A DNA stretch of 64,000 nucleotides from Selaginella moellendorffii (lineage: Eukaryota; Plantae; Lycopodiophyta), in assembly GCF_000143415.4 (NCBI RefSeq), contig NW_003314264.1:352774-416773 (forward strand), written 5' to 3'. Under the pieces are notes generated by a model, which saw only the letters and a program-made list of their open reading frames with translations, did not search any database and was not told where the DNA came from. A program made the position numbers and the translations under genes. Each line of letters starts with the position of its first letter. The stretch's first letter is position 1. Shown in pieces: positions 49,518-62,136 of this stretch.

Positions 49518-49535
49518 TATAAGAGTATTTGTGGT

Positions 49536-52500
49536 TTACACGTTCCGCCTGGGCTTCTTGTTCAAAGGCCTTCCAGGAACGGCTTGGGACCTGTGTCGCT
49601 CGCGAATCTCTTCTCGCCTTCTTTTCTTGCTCTCTTCCTCCTCTTTTGCCTTTTGAGCAGTGTATGCCTCCTTCTTCTTTCGTTGTTCCAGCTTCCTTTT
49701 CTTTGCCTACAACCGAGACGTTGAACGTCTTGAAACTTGTGGGACGGTTATAAGACTTACCTTGTCATTTTGAATGGTTGTGAGCTGTTGCACCAAAGAC
49801 ACAACCTTCCGCTCGTTTGGTTCTAGCACCACAGCACGCGCTGACTCCAAGACTGGTTTTTTACGTTTGGCTGAAAGCTTCGGCTTGGATTTGAAAGGGA
49901 GTGCAGCTTGCAGAGCCTTCGGAATTTGAAGTGGATTAAAACGTCGGGGTTGCCTCTCAGTCGGCTGCAACACATGTAAGGGCCACAGTACGAAAGATTA
50001 TACCAACACTTACTCTGTAGAGAGAGTTTTTGTTTACGGGAACGGAAACATTTTGCTCGCTTCGAAGTTCAGCAACCGTTTTCATACCCTTCCACACGGT
50101 ATCTCGTGACTGCAGTAGCGTCGTCACTGGACTAAAAAACCGGGGAATATCAACTTTCGTCCACGTCCGCAAAAACACGATGTCACTCATCAAAATCTTG
50201 TCTTCAAAGGTACACCTCACGGAACCTTCCTTGCCGCTTCCAGCTTTAACCGCCTGGTTGAAACACCGTTACATTCTGGAACCAGCAAACTTAAATTTCT
50301 TACCTTCTTGATCTGGCCACGAATTCCACTTACAGTCCGCACGGAGGCACCCTCAAACCGAGCGACTTCCAACTCCGATGTAAACATATCACGGATGAAG
50401 GCTGTTTTCTTGTAGATTTTGTAAGGATAACCAACGAGCTTCAGCTTCTTGACAATTTGCACGGACTGGTCCCATTCTAAGACAACTCCCGTCCCAGTTA
50501 TACGAAATAATGGCTGCAATATGAAAGCACGAAGTAAAAATCAAGATTGTATATGTATGTGTATGTATGTACCTGGGAGTTTGAGAGGTTCTGAAAGGTG
50601 ACAATGCCAGTGTTTGGAGGCGCAAGGGGTCCCCAAAAGCTTGCAATACAGTGCATGTGTTCTGGTGTGTACTTCAGCATCCGATGACGTCCATTCCGGT
50701 CTTCAAGGGAATACACTGGTAGCGTCTGATATCGCCGCCACCCAGCAGACACAACCAAGGGATCCCGATTCTTCAACACCTTCTTGTGCCACCTATGTTT
50801 TTTCAATCGGACCTGCACGAATAGAAAACTTTAACTAAAGACTTAAAAGCGTTTCCCTTTACCTGCATAAACCCGGCGCTCTCTTCAGATTTGCTGATGC
50901 CGCCGACAAGAATTGGATGCCGAGCATCAAAATGATGCACGAGCTCATAAGGCATTCCGCGGAACTCTACTCTCAAGTACGTTCCCACAGAAAACCCCTC
51001 CATCTCTATACGTGTGGCGGCATCAATATCCTGCAGCTCCGCAGCGTTTCTTTGCTTTTGCAACTCCATATCTTCTTTCAGCTGCACATGATAAACTCAG
51101 TTAACACTACAATTCATACCTTAGGATACCGAACCTTGTCAAAGTAATCCTTTTCCTTCGGACCTTCCACCTCCTTGTTCTCCTCGTCTAAGCTCCCATC
51201 ATATGTGCTTCGAAGTCAGGAAATGACACAATATCAATGCAGAAATGAAACAGAAAAGGATATTTAGCATCAAATGCAGCTCTGAGAGCAAGTTTCTTCA
51301 GCCTCCGTTCAGCAGCCTCGTGATTTTCTGCGGCACCGTGTTGTTCACCAGTCTCCAAATCTTCAAAGTCGCCGTACACCGTACCATCTTCCTCCACCTC
51401 ACCCTTTTGTCGTTGTGACGCCTTGTTCCAGTCACCCGTCACGAACCGGTCACGAATGGCTTCAATAACTTCTTGGTTATGCCAGTCGTCCACTTCTAAT
51501 GTGAGCCTTGAACAATCCTCCAAGTCTATGTTCTGGGCATTAGCAGCTACCGTGTCCTGAAGAGAGGAAAGCTTTAAGTCCAAAAAAAGAGAGATTAAAA
51601 ACAGAGAAAGGAACCTTGGAAGCCTGCCGTTTTGGCTTAAACAGTTCCTCGTCGCTATCTGAGATATCTTCTTGGAAGTCTTTATCTTTTGATGAAGCCT
51701 CCACATGCCCATACACAACTTGCATCAGATTTACGTTGCTTTTGGATGCTCCAACGCGGCTCATCAAGCCTTGTTTCCATTGCAAAGCATTTCCCATCTC
51801 CACTGTTTAGCCACAGAAATCTTGTCAGCAGTCCCTACTTTGGATAACAACGCTTACCATCTTCGTTCTCTTCATTTTCTTGTTCTTCTTCTCCTTCTTC
51901 TCCTTCTACTTCTCCTCCTTCTTCTTCTCCTTCTCCTTCTCCATGTACAATACGTTCTTCGTCACCATTTCCCTCTCCTGTAATATCGTCTTCGCTACTA
52001 TCCCCATTGTTCACGTCCTCAGGTCCCTGAATGACGCTACGTAAAACGTGGATTGGTCAAATTATGCAAAGCAAACCTCGGCGGCGCCCTCTTCATCGGC
52101 CTCATTTGGAAACATGACGCGTCTTCTCAGTCTCCCATCTTCTGAAACAGTAGCCATCGCATCATCTTTTTCAGGCCCAGATTCATCAGATTCATCCGCT
52201 TCCGAGTCAGAGGCGCTTTGAATGGCGCTACTTTTGAAAAATTGGATAAAGCTTTGCTGCAGCTTTTCATCAATTGAATACTTTGATTGTTGCAGTGACT
52301 TCACCATCGTCTCGCCTACGTCTCCATCTTTTCCTGGTGCCTTCACTCGTCAGTAAAGGAAGTAAAGGCATGGTTCTTACCTTGTGTTTTTTCTGCATTC
52401 TCACAGTTTTTAGAAAACTGCAGTTGATGGTCGCTAATGTTTATATAAACAGCATCCTTATCGTACAGCATGTCTCCAACATCTGCCATGGGTGCGTACA

Positions 52501-53839
52501 AAAGCTTTTCCTTTTCGCGAAGGCCACGTTTCTTTGCTGCAGAAGGCAGAGGACATGGGTCCGGCAGTAGAGTAACAGCGGACATACTACAATCTCCAAC
52601 ACCAGCTATATGGACCTGCATCAAATAAATGTGTCAGTAAAAATTACTTTCCAGGCAAAACATTGACACCTTCATGGTTTTCTTCAAATTGGTTCCACGG
52701 AGATAGCCATAGATAGTTACATTCCTGTCGCACTTTGGATTCGCGTCAACATCTTCTGGGGCTGTAACATCTTCAAAACGGTCAGCAATCATGTAGGGGT
52801 GAGTAGTCCTCCACTGTAATGGCCGGAACTTCGCCACAGATATGAACCTCGCAAGATTATGGATCTCACGCTTGGAGTATCTACAAAGAGCAAAGCAAAA
52901 CAAAACGTTCAGTGCTCCCCACTGAAAATGACGAAAAGAAAAAGACTAACTTTCCATGAATAAGCCCTGAGAGGTAAAAGAGTTTCGCACCATCGTAAAT
53001 CTCCGTCCAAAATCTGCTCTTCAACTGCTTTTTCGTCTTTCTCAACGCCTTGACATCCTTGAACTTGTCTAAGTGCGTCAACACGCCCATAACTTTTGGA
53101 AAGCCATGAACTTGTAGTAAGTTGAGAAACTCGAAGGTTTCCTGCATCAAATAATGTTAGCCAGCCTAGGGGCTTGAACTCGCAGGCTCACCATCTCGAA
53201 ACCATAGCTGCCATCGATGAGTAGCAGAACAAGGTCCGCAAACTTGGCAGCGTCGATCATCGCATTGAGATCGTTGGCACACTCGATAAACTGCAGACGC
53301 CGGTGTTTTCCTGCACCAAGACAAAGACACACCGTGAGCCGGAGTGGCGCGACGAAACGAGAGCAAAAGGCACACCAGCGATGATAGTGATCGGGCCACT
53401 GATGTTGGAGAGGCTGTGCTTGGTGTAGTGCTTGACGAGACACTGTACGAGCAAAGACTTTCCAACCTGGAGAAAGTATGAGCGAAGTGAGCGTGCAAAG
53501 TTATCAGAGTCACCTGTGGGGGGCCTTGCACCACAATGACGAATGGGGGCGGCTCGCCAGTGGCGCGGTCCAGGATTGGGACATGGAGCTTGCGCTGCTG
53601 CCGCTCCGCCGAGACCGCCTGCTGCCGCTTTGCTCTCACGGCAGATCGGAATGTGAAGGCCTGGGAGAGGCAGCGGCATGTCAAGCAAGCGCGTAGCAAT
53701 GCGTTCTACTGACCTTGGGATTGGACTGCTTGGTGGAGGGGCCGCGATCATTCTTCTTCTTCTTGAGCTTGCTGCCAGCGGCAGACGCCCCCGCCCTGGA
53801 TGCCCTGTGCTGCTTGTGCGCGGCCTCCTCGTCCGCCAT
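49536..53839 (-). CDS. BMS1: Ribosome biogenesis GTPase BMS1 (multi-exon)
   Basis: QGPPQVGKS P-loop, [41 protein letters not shown]. Confidence 0.95.
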
Positions 53840-53847
53840 CCCCAAGT

Positions 53848-53865
53848 AACCCTAAACCCTAAACC
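53848..53865 (+). promoter_or_regulatory. Telo-box tandem (AAACCCTA) in the short bidirectional promoter region
   Basis: AACCCTAAACCCTAAACC just upstream of the BMS1 ATG; typical of plant ribosome-biogenesis genes. Confidence 0.65.
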
Positions 53866-53909
53866 TCCTCCATTTTTTGTGTGTTGTGTGGTGTGGCTTG
53901 CTCGCGGCC

Positions 53910-54725
53910 ATGGCGGTTGCCGGCTCGCTGCTGTGCACGCGATTGCTGCTGGTGAGGCGGAGGCGGATGTGCGCCATGGCAAGCGATGCGAGCGAGGCGA
54001 TTGAAAGGGCCCCGGTGGACAAGAGCCTGGCAGCGCCGCCGCCCAGGACGAAAGATCCCCTGCTCACCATGACCAACTTCAAGAAGGTGCTGGCCAGCAA
54101 AGGTACAAACGCTTGCTACGTAGCGTGGAGCTTGAGCTTTGGCGCTTGTTAGGAACGCAGGGCCGATTACAGACGTGGACCACTATGCACGCCTCCAAGT
54201 CCCGTGGCAAGCACCCACGTCTCAGGTAACCGAGCCTTGCGTTCCGATAGCTAACTCGTGCATTGCCCGTTTCAGATTGCTGCTGCTTTCAAGGAGCGAG
54301 TGGACGAAGTGATGGCTCTCAAGGAAGACGGCTGGAGCGACGATGCAATTCGCGATCAGCTGCAACAGCTCCAGGTGAGCTACACGTCGTCGCTCACCAG
54401 CACTACACTCACACAATGCAGGGCTCGTGTTGTAGCAATCCTTTGACGTATTAACCTCGGAGCGGCAGCGGAGGCTGTATGACTGGAGCATTCTCCAGGA
54501 GAAGAACAAGAACAAACGCTACGTCTGGCCTTACGAGGCGGACATCACCCAGAAGTACAGCCTCCCGGATCCACCTGTGGTATGCCAGCGTCCTCACTTT
54601 CCCGCCAGCTCTTTACAAATCGTGCAATGCAGGACGAGGAGGACATGGATGCAATCAGAAAGGTGGGCTACTTCTTCCTGGGATGGTTCGTCCTTTCCAT
54701 CTTCCTCGGTGTCTTTCTCCACTAG
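53910..54725 (+). CDS. Unknown protein with transit-peptide-like N-terminus and C-terminal TM anchor (about 5 exons)
   Basis: Short GT-AG introns link MAVAGSLL..KVLASK, IAAAFKERV..QLQ, RRLYDWS..DPPV and DEEDMD..GYFFLGWFVLSIFLGVFLH*. Confidence 0.6.
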
Positions 54726-54783
54726 CTACGAATCGTGTAATCTTGTGTATTTATCTATCTCGCCCCGACATGGAACTGGTAAC

Positions 54784-56332
54784 TTATGGTGCTCGCGTCA
54801 ATACCTGGACACCGTCGCCTGTGACGAGCAGGGTGTGCTCGAACTGCGCAGAAAGGCTGCCGTCGACCGTCACCGCGGTCCAGTTGTCCGGCCAGATCAG
54901 GTCGTCCGGCTTCCCCATTGTCAGCATTGGCTCTGGAACAAGAGAGTCGGAGGATGAAACGAGATCAACGTGAGCACTCTCACCAATCGTGAACGTTTGA
55001 CCAATCTGCATGCGACCAGGTTCATTATTTCCTGTAAAGCCAGGCACCAACGCTTCGGTGTTAGAGCTGGATTGCGACACTCTCCTTCCTTACGGAAATG
55101 CAGGATGGAGGGAGCACAATGGAATATGGTGCCGATTCCATGCCCAACAAATCGCTTCACCACCCCGTACTTGAACTTATCAGCAACATCACTGGTGGCG
55201 AGCGACAAAAGCAAGAGACAAAAAGGATGAAAACACGATAACAAAGCAAAAGAAAGGCCTCACTGGATGGTCCTCCCGATCTTTTTGAATTCCACGCCTG
55301 GGCCACAAACTGCGATTGCCTTGTCCAGGGCCTCGCGAGTCACCTGGCTATGCACAAAACTCAGCAACCAGCCACACAAAAATTTCTCTTTCCTCCGCAC
55401 CTCTACCAGCCGCTTGGCCTCGTCACTGACGGTGCCGCAAAGGAAAGTTGCGGATGTGTCCCCGTGATATCCCTGAAACAAAACCGTGTGAGATTGGCAC
55501 CTCTGTGGCTTACATACATTCAGATAGACAGTCACGTCGATGTTTACAATGTCGCCGTCCTGGTGTGGTCGAGGATTCTTACTTAGTCTGGGACTTAACT
55601 TGTGTTACCTGAAGCGGACGAGAATCGGGTATACCGTGGCAGATGCATTCGTTCACGGACGTGCACACGCTCTTCGGAAACCCACCGTATCCGAGAGGCG
55701 ATGGATATGCACCCGCTTCAACAATCATCTTGTGCACTGCCTTGTCGATCTCGTCCGTCGTTACACCTGGCTGCACCACAATCAGGCAGTCAAAGCGCCG
55801 AAACACTTTGCGTTGGAGCCTTTCGTACCTTGATGAGGCTACCAGCAAAGTCGCGAACTCGGGCAGCTAGCTCCCCTGCGGCTCGCATTCTCGCCACACC
55901 ACTCTCGTCGTGGACTTGCGGCTCCATGCTGAAAGCAGGCGCTGCGGCTGAACCAACATACGGTGGCCTGGGGATGTCTGCCGGAACGCTGAGCGGAGGG
56001 GACACTCTTCCAGGCTTCAACTTCAAGTGCTTGCCATGCGGCTGTTCGCCTTGCCTGGAGAAAACGAACCACACGGATGGATTACAAACAATGCGCTGCA
56101 ACTTGCAACTTGCACCCAACCTTTTCTGGAGCAGCAGCTCTGCAAATCCCGATTTCTTCCTGGCATAAACCAACGTCCTTGCTGCAACCAATGATAGGCT
56201 TACTTGCGAGGAGCAACGGAAGACTCTAGCCTGCTCACCTGAGCCATGCGCTTGCCGTTCCGGGCTACAGGTTGCCCGCGGCCACGCTCTGCTGCCGCAA
56301 TCCAGCAGAGGGCAACGCGACGACGATGCCAT
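54784..56332 (-). CDS. MAP1: Organellar methionine aminopeptidase type 1
   Basis: [52 protein letters not shown]. Confidence 0.93.
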
Positions 56333-56522
56333 AGTCAATCAAACGACCTAAGCTTGTGAGAGAGAGATTGGGAGCTTTAATCCTTTTTTTTCGTTTTTCA
56401 TTCCAGAGCTCGAACCAACAAACAAGCAAGAGATATGCAAAAGAGAGAGAGAGAGAGATAGAGCAGCTAGCATAGAAAGGACACAACAATCAAGTCAAGC
56501 AGCTCGCTCGCTGCAGATAGAT

Positions 56523-57044
56523 CTAAGAGAGCTGGCCACAGTCGGCAATCACCACGGGCTTGCTCGTCTTGCCCGAGGAGCTGCCCACCTTCTCGATGTC
56601 CTTGACGATGTTGAGCCCCTCCACAACCTGGCCGAAGACGACGTGCTTGCCATCGAGCCAGGAGCAGGGCACGGTGCAGAGGAAGAACTGGGATCCGTTG
56701 GTGTTGGCCCCGGCGTTGGCCATGGACAGCACGCCCGCGCCCGTGTGCTTCTTGTTGAAGTTCTCGTCCGCGAACTTCATGCCGTAGATGGACTCGCCGC
56801 CCGTGCCGTTCCCGGCCGTGAAGTCGCCGCCCTGGCACATGAAGTCGGGGATGACGCGGTGGAACTTGGAGCCCTTGTAGTGCAGCGGCTTGCCGCTCTT
56901 GCCGATACCCTTCTCACCCGTGCACAGCGCGCGGAAGTTCTCCGCCGTCTTGGGCACAGTGTCTGCGTACAGCTCCATCACGATGCGCCCGGCGGGGCTA
57001 CCGCCGATGGCGATGTCGAAGAAGACCTTGGGATTGGCAGCCAT
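56523..57044 (-). CDS. Cytosolic cyclophilin (peptidyl-prolyl isomerase)
   Basis: Intronless 173 aa; [32 protein letters not shown]. Confidence 0.97.
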   Translation of the reverse strand: MAANPKVFFDIAIGGSPAGRIVMELYADTVPKTAENFRALCTGEKGIGKSGKPLHYKGSKFHRVIPDFMCQGGDFTAGNGTGGESIYGMKFADENFNKKHTGAGVLSMANAGANTNGSQFFLCTVPCSWLDGKHVVFGQVVEGLNIVKDIEKVGSSSGKTSKPVVIADCGQLS

Positions 57045-57265
57045 GGGAGCGGAGCGAAGATGAACAGCGCAAGAGCAAGGGAGTGAGAGAAAGACCTAGG
57101 AGGAGAGAGGAAAGCGCAAACAGCGATTTTTATTTATTTTCAGTCAGTCCTGCGCGGATCCGACGGCTGTGCTTCGGCTGGGCCAAGCAACGGCCCCGAT
57201 AGCGCCGACGACTAGGGCAGCCAGGGCGCATATCTTTTGATACCACCTTGATCTTATGGGAATAG

Positions 57266-57496
57266 TTAGTGCTGCTGCGAGCGACGAATGAAGGGAGGGT
57301 GTGGATTGTGGGCCAATCCCTCCAGCACCAGCAGCCTGTCCAGCAGCTCCATCTTCTCCTGCTGCAGTGCCTTGACCTCGGACTGGGTGGACTCGAGCTC
57401 CTCCAGAAGTGCGCAGCTCTCCTCTTGCAGCACCCGCAGCTTGCGTTTCACCCCGCGCTGCTGCTGCTGCTGCTGCTGCTGCAACTCATGCTCCAT
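57266..57496 (-). CDS. Small coiled-coil protein, INO80 subunit E (INO80E/TFPT)-like
   Basis: KRKL..L.EE...L.EEL...Q.....L..EK..LLDRLL..E pattern. Confidence 0.7.
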   Translation of the reverse strand: MEHELQQQQQQQQRGVKRKLRVLQEESCALLEELESTQSEVKALQQEKMELLDRLLVLEGLAHNPHPPFIRRSQQH

Positions 57497-57506
57497 AATC
57501 CTTGCG

Positions 57507-57947
57507 CTACTCGCCTCTCTCGCCTGAGGCCCGATCTCGCGCCATGGCCGCCTTGTGCTTGTCCACCAACTTGTCCACCGCCGCCTCCACCGCGTCCCTG
57601 CCGGTGACGAGCAGCTTGGCGATCACCTCCGGGTCCCTCTCGTGCCGCGCTTGCTCAAACTCCTGCCTCGCGCTCGCGCGCAACAGGTCCCGCCACAGAA
57701 TGCCGTCCTCGTTGGGCCACACGAATGCCCTCGACGCGCGAAAGATGTCGCGGTAGAGCTCGATTGCCTCCCTGCGCGTGCTCGTCAGCCGTGCCCTCTC
57801 CGCCACCAAATCTTCGTCCTGCCGCTTCTTGGAAGACTTGGGAGCCAAGAACTTCTCAAACAAACCTTCCAGTGTGTCCGGCCCGAAAAACGGCAGCCCG
57901 CTCATCCCTCGTACAGGCACCAGCAGCGTTGCCGCCCTCCTCGCCAT
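57507..57947 (-). CDS. Mitochondrial LYR-motif protein
   Basis: REAIELYRDIFR..F.W....G..WRD.L..SAR.EFE.AR.E.DPE. Confidence 0.88.
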   Translation of the reverse strand: MARRAATLLVPVRGMSGLPFFGPDTLEGLFEKFLAPKSSKKRQDEDLVAERARLTSTRREAIELYRDIFRASRAFVWPNEDGILWRDLLRASARQEFEQARHERDPEVIAKLLVTGRDAVEAAVDKLVDKHKAAMARDRASGERGE

Positions 57948-58010
57948 CGCCTTTCCATAGACCTAGCTTTTAATTACTGCACACTATACCCTTTCTAAAG
58001 GGGACCGGCC

Positions 58011-61000
58011 ATGGCCAGATTCCTGCTGCTCCTCCTCGCGTTGCTGCTGCTCTTGGCGGGGGGCAGCGCCACCAACATCTCTTACGACCACAGAGCTATC
58101 ATCATCGGCGGGCAGCGCAGGATTCTCATCTCCGGATGCCTTCACTACCCCCGCGCTTCTCCCCAGGTTCTCTACATTCTTGCCTGCTGCACGCGCGAGC
58201 TCCTTTTGTTCATGCGCTCTCGTGCTTGCAGATGTGGCCGGCCCTGATCCGCAACGCCAAGGAGGGCGGCCTCGACATGATCGACACGTACGTCTTCTGG
58301 GATGGTCATGAGCCCTCGCCCGGAATCGTAAGTGGAAACAAAGCATTCATCAACTCGACATGTGCTTGTGACAGTATAATTTCCAAGGCCGCTACGATCT
58401 CATCCGCTTCCTCAAGCTGGTGCACCAAGCTGGCCTCTACGTCAACCTCAGAATCGGACCTTATGTCTGTGCGGAATGGAACTTCGGGTACGCTTCAAGC
58501 TCTCTTGCTTTCTAGCTAATCCTGTTTGTCTTCTCTTCTTTTCCTGCAGCGGCTTCCCGGCTTGGCTGCTGAAATTGCCTGGCATTCAGTTTAGAACACA
58601 TAATAGAGCTTTCGAGGTTGACGTCGTTGCCTGTCAACGAAAGCCGTGCCTCTGAATAACAAGTCGCGTGGTGGCTGTGCGCAGGACAAGATGGAGGAGT
58701 TTGTGAGGAAGATTGTGGACATGGTGAAATCGGAGCAACTGTTTGCATCCCAGGGCGGTCCAGTTCTATTCTCTCAGGTGACTGGCACTTCTTTTCTTGA
58801 TGCTAAAACCTTTGATATTCGGGCTGGCAGATTGAGAATGAATATGGGAATGTTCAAGGGTCTTATGGAACCAATGGAAAGACTTATATGCTTTGGGCGG
58901 CACGAATGGCCAAAGACTTAGAAACAGGTGTTCCCTGGATAATGTGCAAGCAGCCCGATGCTCCGGATTACATTGTGAGTGATGGTCACTCTGCATTCTT
59001 TTGTGGCACTCACAGACTCTTTTCTGTTTGTGCTGAAGATAAACACATGCAACGGGTATTATTGTGATGGCTGGAAGCCGAACTCCAGAGACAAGCCAGC
59101 AATGTGGACGGAAAACTGGAGTGGCTGGTTTGTTGTTCTTCATTCTATCCGCCATCTGATGTCTCCTTTCCAGGTATCAATTATGGGGCGAGGCTGCTCC
59201 CTATAGAACTGTTGAAGATGTGGCCTTTGCGGTGGCCCGTTTCTTCCAGAGAGGAGGTGTTGCTCAAAACTACTATATGGTACGTATGCTGCACGATCTT
59301 GAGCAACATTTACTCATGCCAGAGAGATGCCAGTACTTCGGAGGTACTAACTTTGGTCGAACATCTGGAGGCCCCTTCATTACCACTAGTTACGACTACG
59401 ATGCGCCACTTGATGAGTTTGGTACATGCATGCCTACTACTCGTCGAGGAAATGCTTACTTCTTATTCCTTACAGGAATGCTTAGACAGCCAAAGTGGGG
59501 TCACCTAAAGGAGTTACATGCGGCCCTTAAGCTTTGTGAGACTGCATTGACCTCTAATGATCCACTCTATTACACCTTGGGCCGCATGCAGGAGGTATAG
59601 CCATCTCCATTGTACCGGAGTTTCCATAATTCCAGATGGTACAGGCTCACGTCTACTCGGATGGCAGCCTTGAAGCAAATTTCTCAAACTTAGCCACCCC
59701 GTGCGCAGCATTCTTGGCCAACATTGACACCTCCAGTGCCTCTGTCAAGTTTGGTGGAAATGTTTATAATTTGCCTCCATGGTCTGTCAGTATTCTTCCC
59801 GACTGTCGCAACGTGGTGTTCAACACTGCGCAGGTTTCTCGGAGGGTTTTCTTGTGTTTATTATGCTCATAGGATCACTTTTGCAGGTTTCAGCTCAAAC
59901 GTCTGTAACGAAAATGGTAGCTGTGCAGAAACCTTCTTTAATTGAAGAGGTATCTGGCTCATATACTCCTGGATTGGTCGAGCAACTGGCTTGGGAATGG
60001 TTTCAAGAGCCTGTCGGAGGTTCTGGAATCAACAAGATTCTCGCTCATGCATTGCTTGAGCAAATAAGTACGACAAATGACTCTACAGATTACTTGTGGT
60101 ACTCTACGAGGTACAAAGTGCTTTTTTCACGTCCACTTTTTCGAAGCTCTTGTTCCGTGCTAGGTTTGAAATCTCGGATCAGGAGCTAAAGGGAGGAGAT
60201 CCTGTTCTTGTAATCACGAGCATGCGGGATATGGTACACATTTTTGTCAACGGAGAGTTTGCAGGTTGGCTGTAGTTTCTCGAACTTCACAATCTCATTC
60301 ATGAAGCAGGGAGCACCAGTACCCTGAAATCGGGTGGACTATATGCAAGAGTCCAACAGCCTATTCATTTGAAAGCAGGAGTTAATCATCTGGCGATTCT
60401 CAGTGCAACTGTGGGCTTACAGGTGGAAAGTATAGTTGCTAGCCAGCTACCATGTGACATAAGTAGTACTTTGCATGTAGAACTACGGCGCTCACTTGGA
60501 AACCCACGGAGCAGGCATCACCGGGTCTGTTTGGATACAAGGGCTTTCAACGGGGACACGTAACTTGACTTCAGCACTGTGGCTACATCAGGTTTGCTAA
60601 GCTAAGGTTTGCTCCAAAATATAACTACAATTTACGAAGTGCAGGTTGGTCTAAACGGAGAGCATGATGCGATTACATGGTCCTCGACAACCTCATTACC
60701 TTTTTTTCAGCCTTTGGTGTGGTACAAGGTACAACAATTTCCATGCTCGGTTTCGCCATTACAAGAAACATCACATTTCCAGGCAAACTTCAACATACCC
60801 GACGGTGATGATCCTGTTGCCATCCATCTGGGTAGCATGGGCAAAGGCCAAGCTTGGGTGAATGGACACAGCCTGGGCAGGTTCTGGCCCGCCATCACTG
60901 CCCCCTCGACCGGGTGTTCAGACAGATGTGATTACCGTGGAACATATTATAGCTCAAAATGCCTTTCTGGCTGTGGACTTCCATCGCAAGAGTGGTACGT

Positions 61001-61581
61001 CGACTGGTCGTCGATTTTTGTTGTTGAAACTTGCCAGCTCACTTTCTCCTCTCTTTGTTTACAAGGTATCACGTTCCACGAGAGTGGCTGGTAAACGAGA
61101 AGAATACACTGGTTTTACTGGAAGAGATTGGAGGGAACGTTAGCGGTGTCTCATTTGCATCAAGAGTAGTCGACAGAGTGTGCGCTCAAGTTTCAGAGTA
61201 CAGCTTGCCACCTGTTGCACAATTCTCATCTCTGCCAGAGCTCGGGCTAAGCTGCTCTCCAGGCCAATTCATTTCCTCCATTTTCTTCGCCAGCTTTGGA
61301 AATCCGAAGGGTCGATGTGGGGCCTTCCAGAAAGGGAGCTGCCACGCTTTGGAATCTGAAACCATTGTGGAGAAGGTAATAAAGAAAGCCTGTCCTTTGT
61401 TTGCACATAGCAACTATAACTATTCCTTGCGCAGGCTTGCATTGGTAGACAGAGCTGTTCCTTTGAGATATTCTGGAAGAATTTTGGAACAGATCCTTGT
61501 CCAGGGAAAGCAAAAACTTTAGCTGTGGAGGCAGCCTGTACTGAAGCTGTAGATTCCGCACCTACACTTGTACGTACGTGA
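58011..61581 (+). CDS. GH35 beta-galactosidase with C-terminal SUEL lectin domain (multi-exon)
   Basis: Signal peptide, [61 protein letters not shown]. Confidence 0.95.
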
Positions 61582-62136
61582 TACCATTTCTTGTATGATG
61601 TTCTCGATCGAGAGAGCCTGCTACCACTTAAAAGTTCAAACGAAGCAAGCAAATTGGTGCTTGCGCCAGTTTATTGGAGATGTTTATCATGAAAATGGTG
61701 TTGTCAAAATTATTTTCTTCTGTCCGCTCCGCTGTCTCTCCCGACCCTCCTATATACACAGCTCGCTCGCTCGCTTGCCACGCATATACCTTCAGATGGT
61801 GTTTGTTGTTCCTTTCATGTTTATTATCACTGCCTCCTCCCCCGGTTCTGTGTCTGGCCAGCTATATACACTGATTTTGTTTGATCAACCGCCTCCCTTT
61901 TCTTGCAATTCTCAGATGATCTGCCAGTGTCATGAAGAAGCACTGCTGTTGATGACGACGACGATGTGATGAGTCAAACTCTCTACTCAATCTCTCCTAG
62001 CCTATAGCTACAATCCCGACTTGTAAAGTACAGTGGAACTAACGCTTACCAGCCACAAAGAAAAAAAAAAGGAGGAACCGAAAACGAGAGGCAAATCTCC
62101 TCACCCCACCAAAACCGTGTTGCTGCCTTTGCTTTT

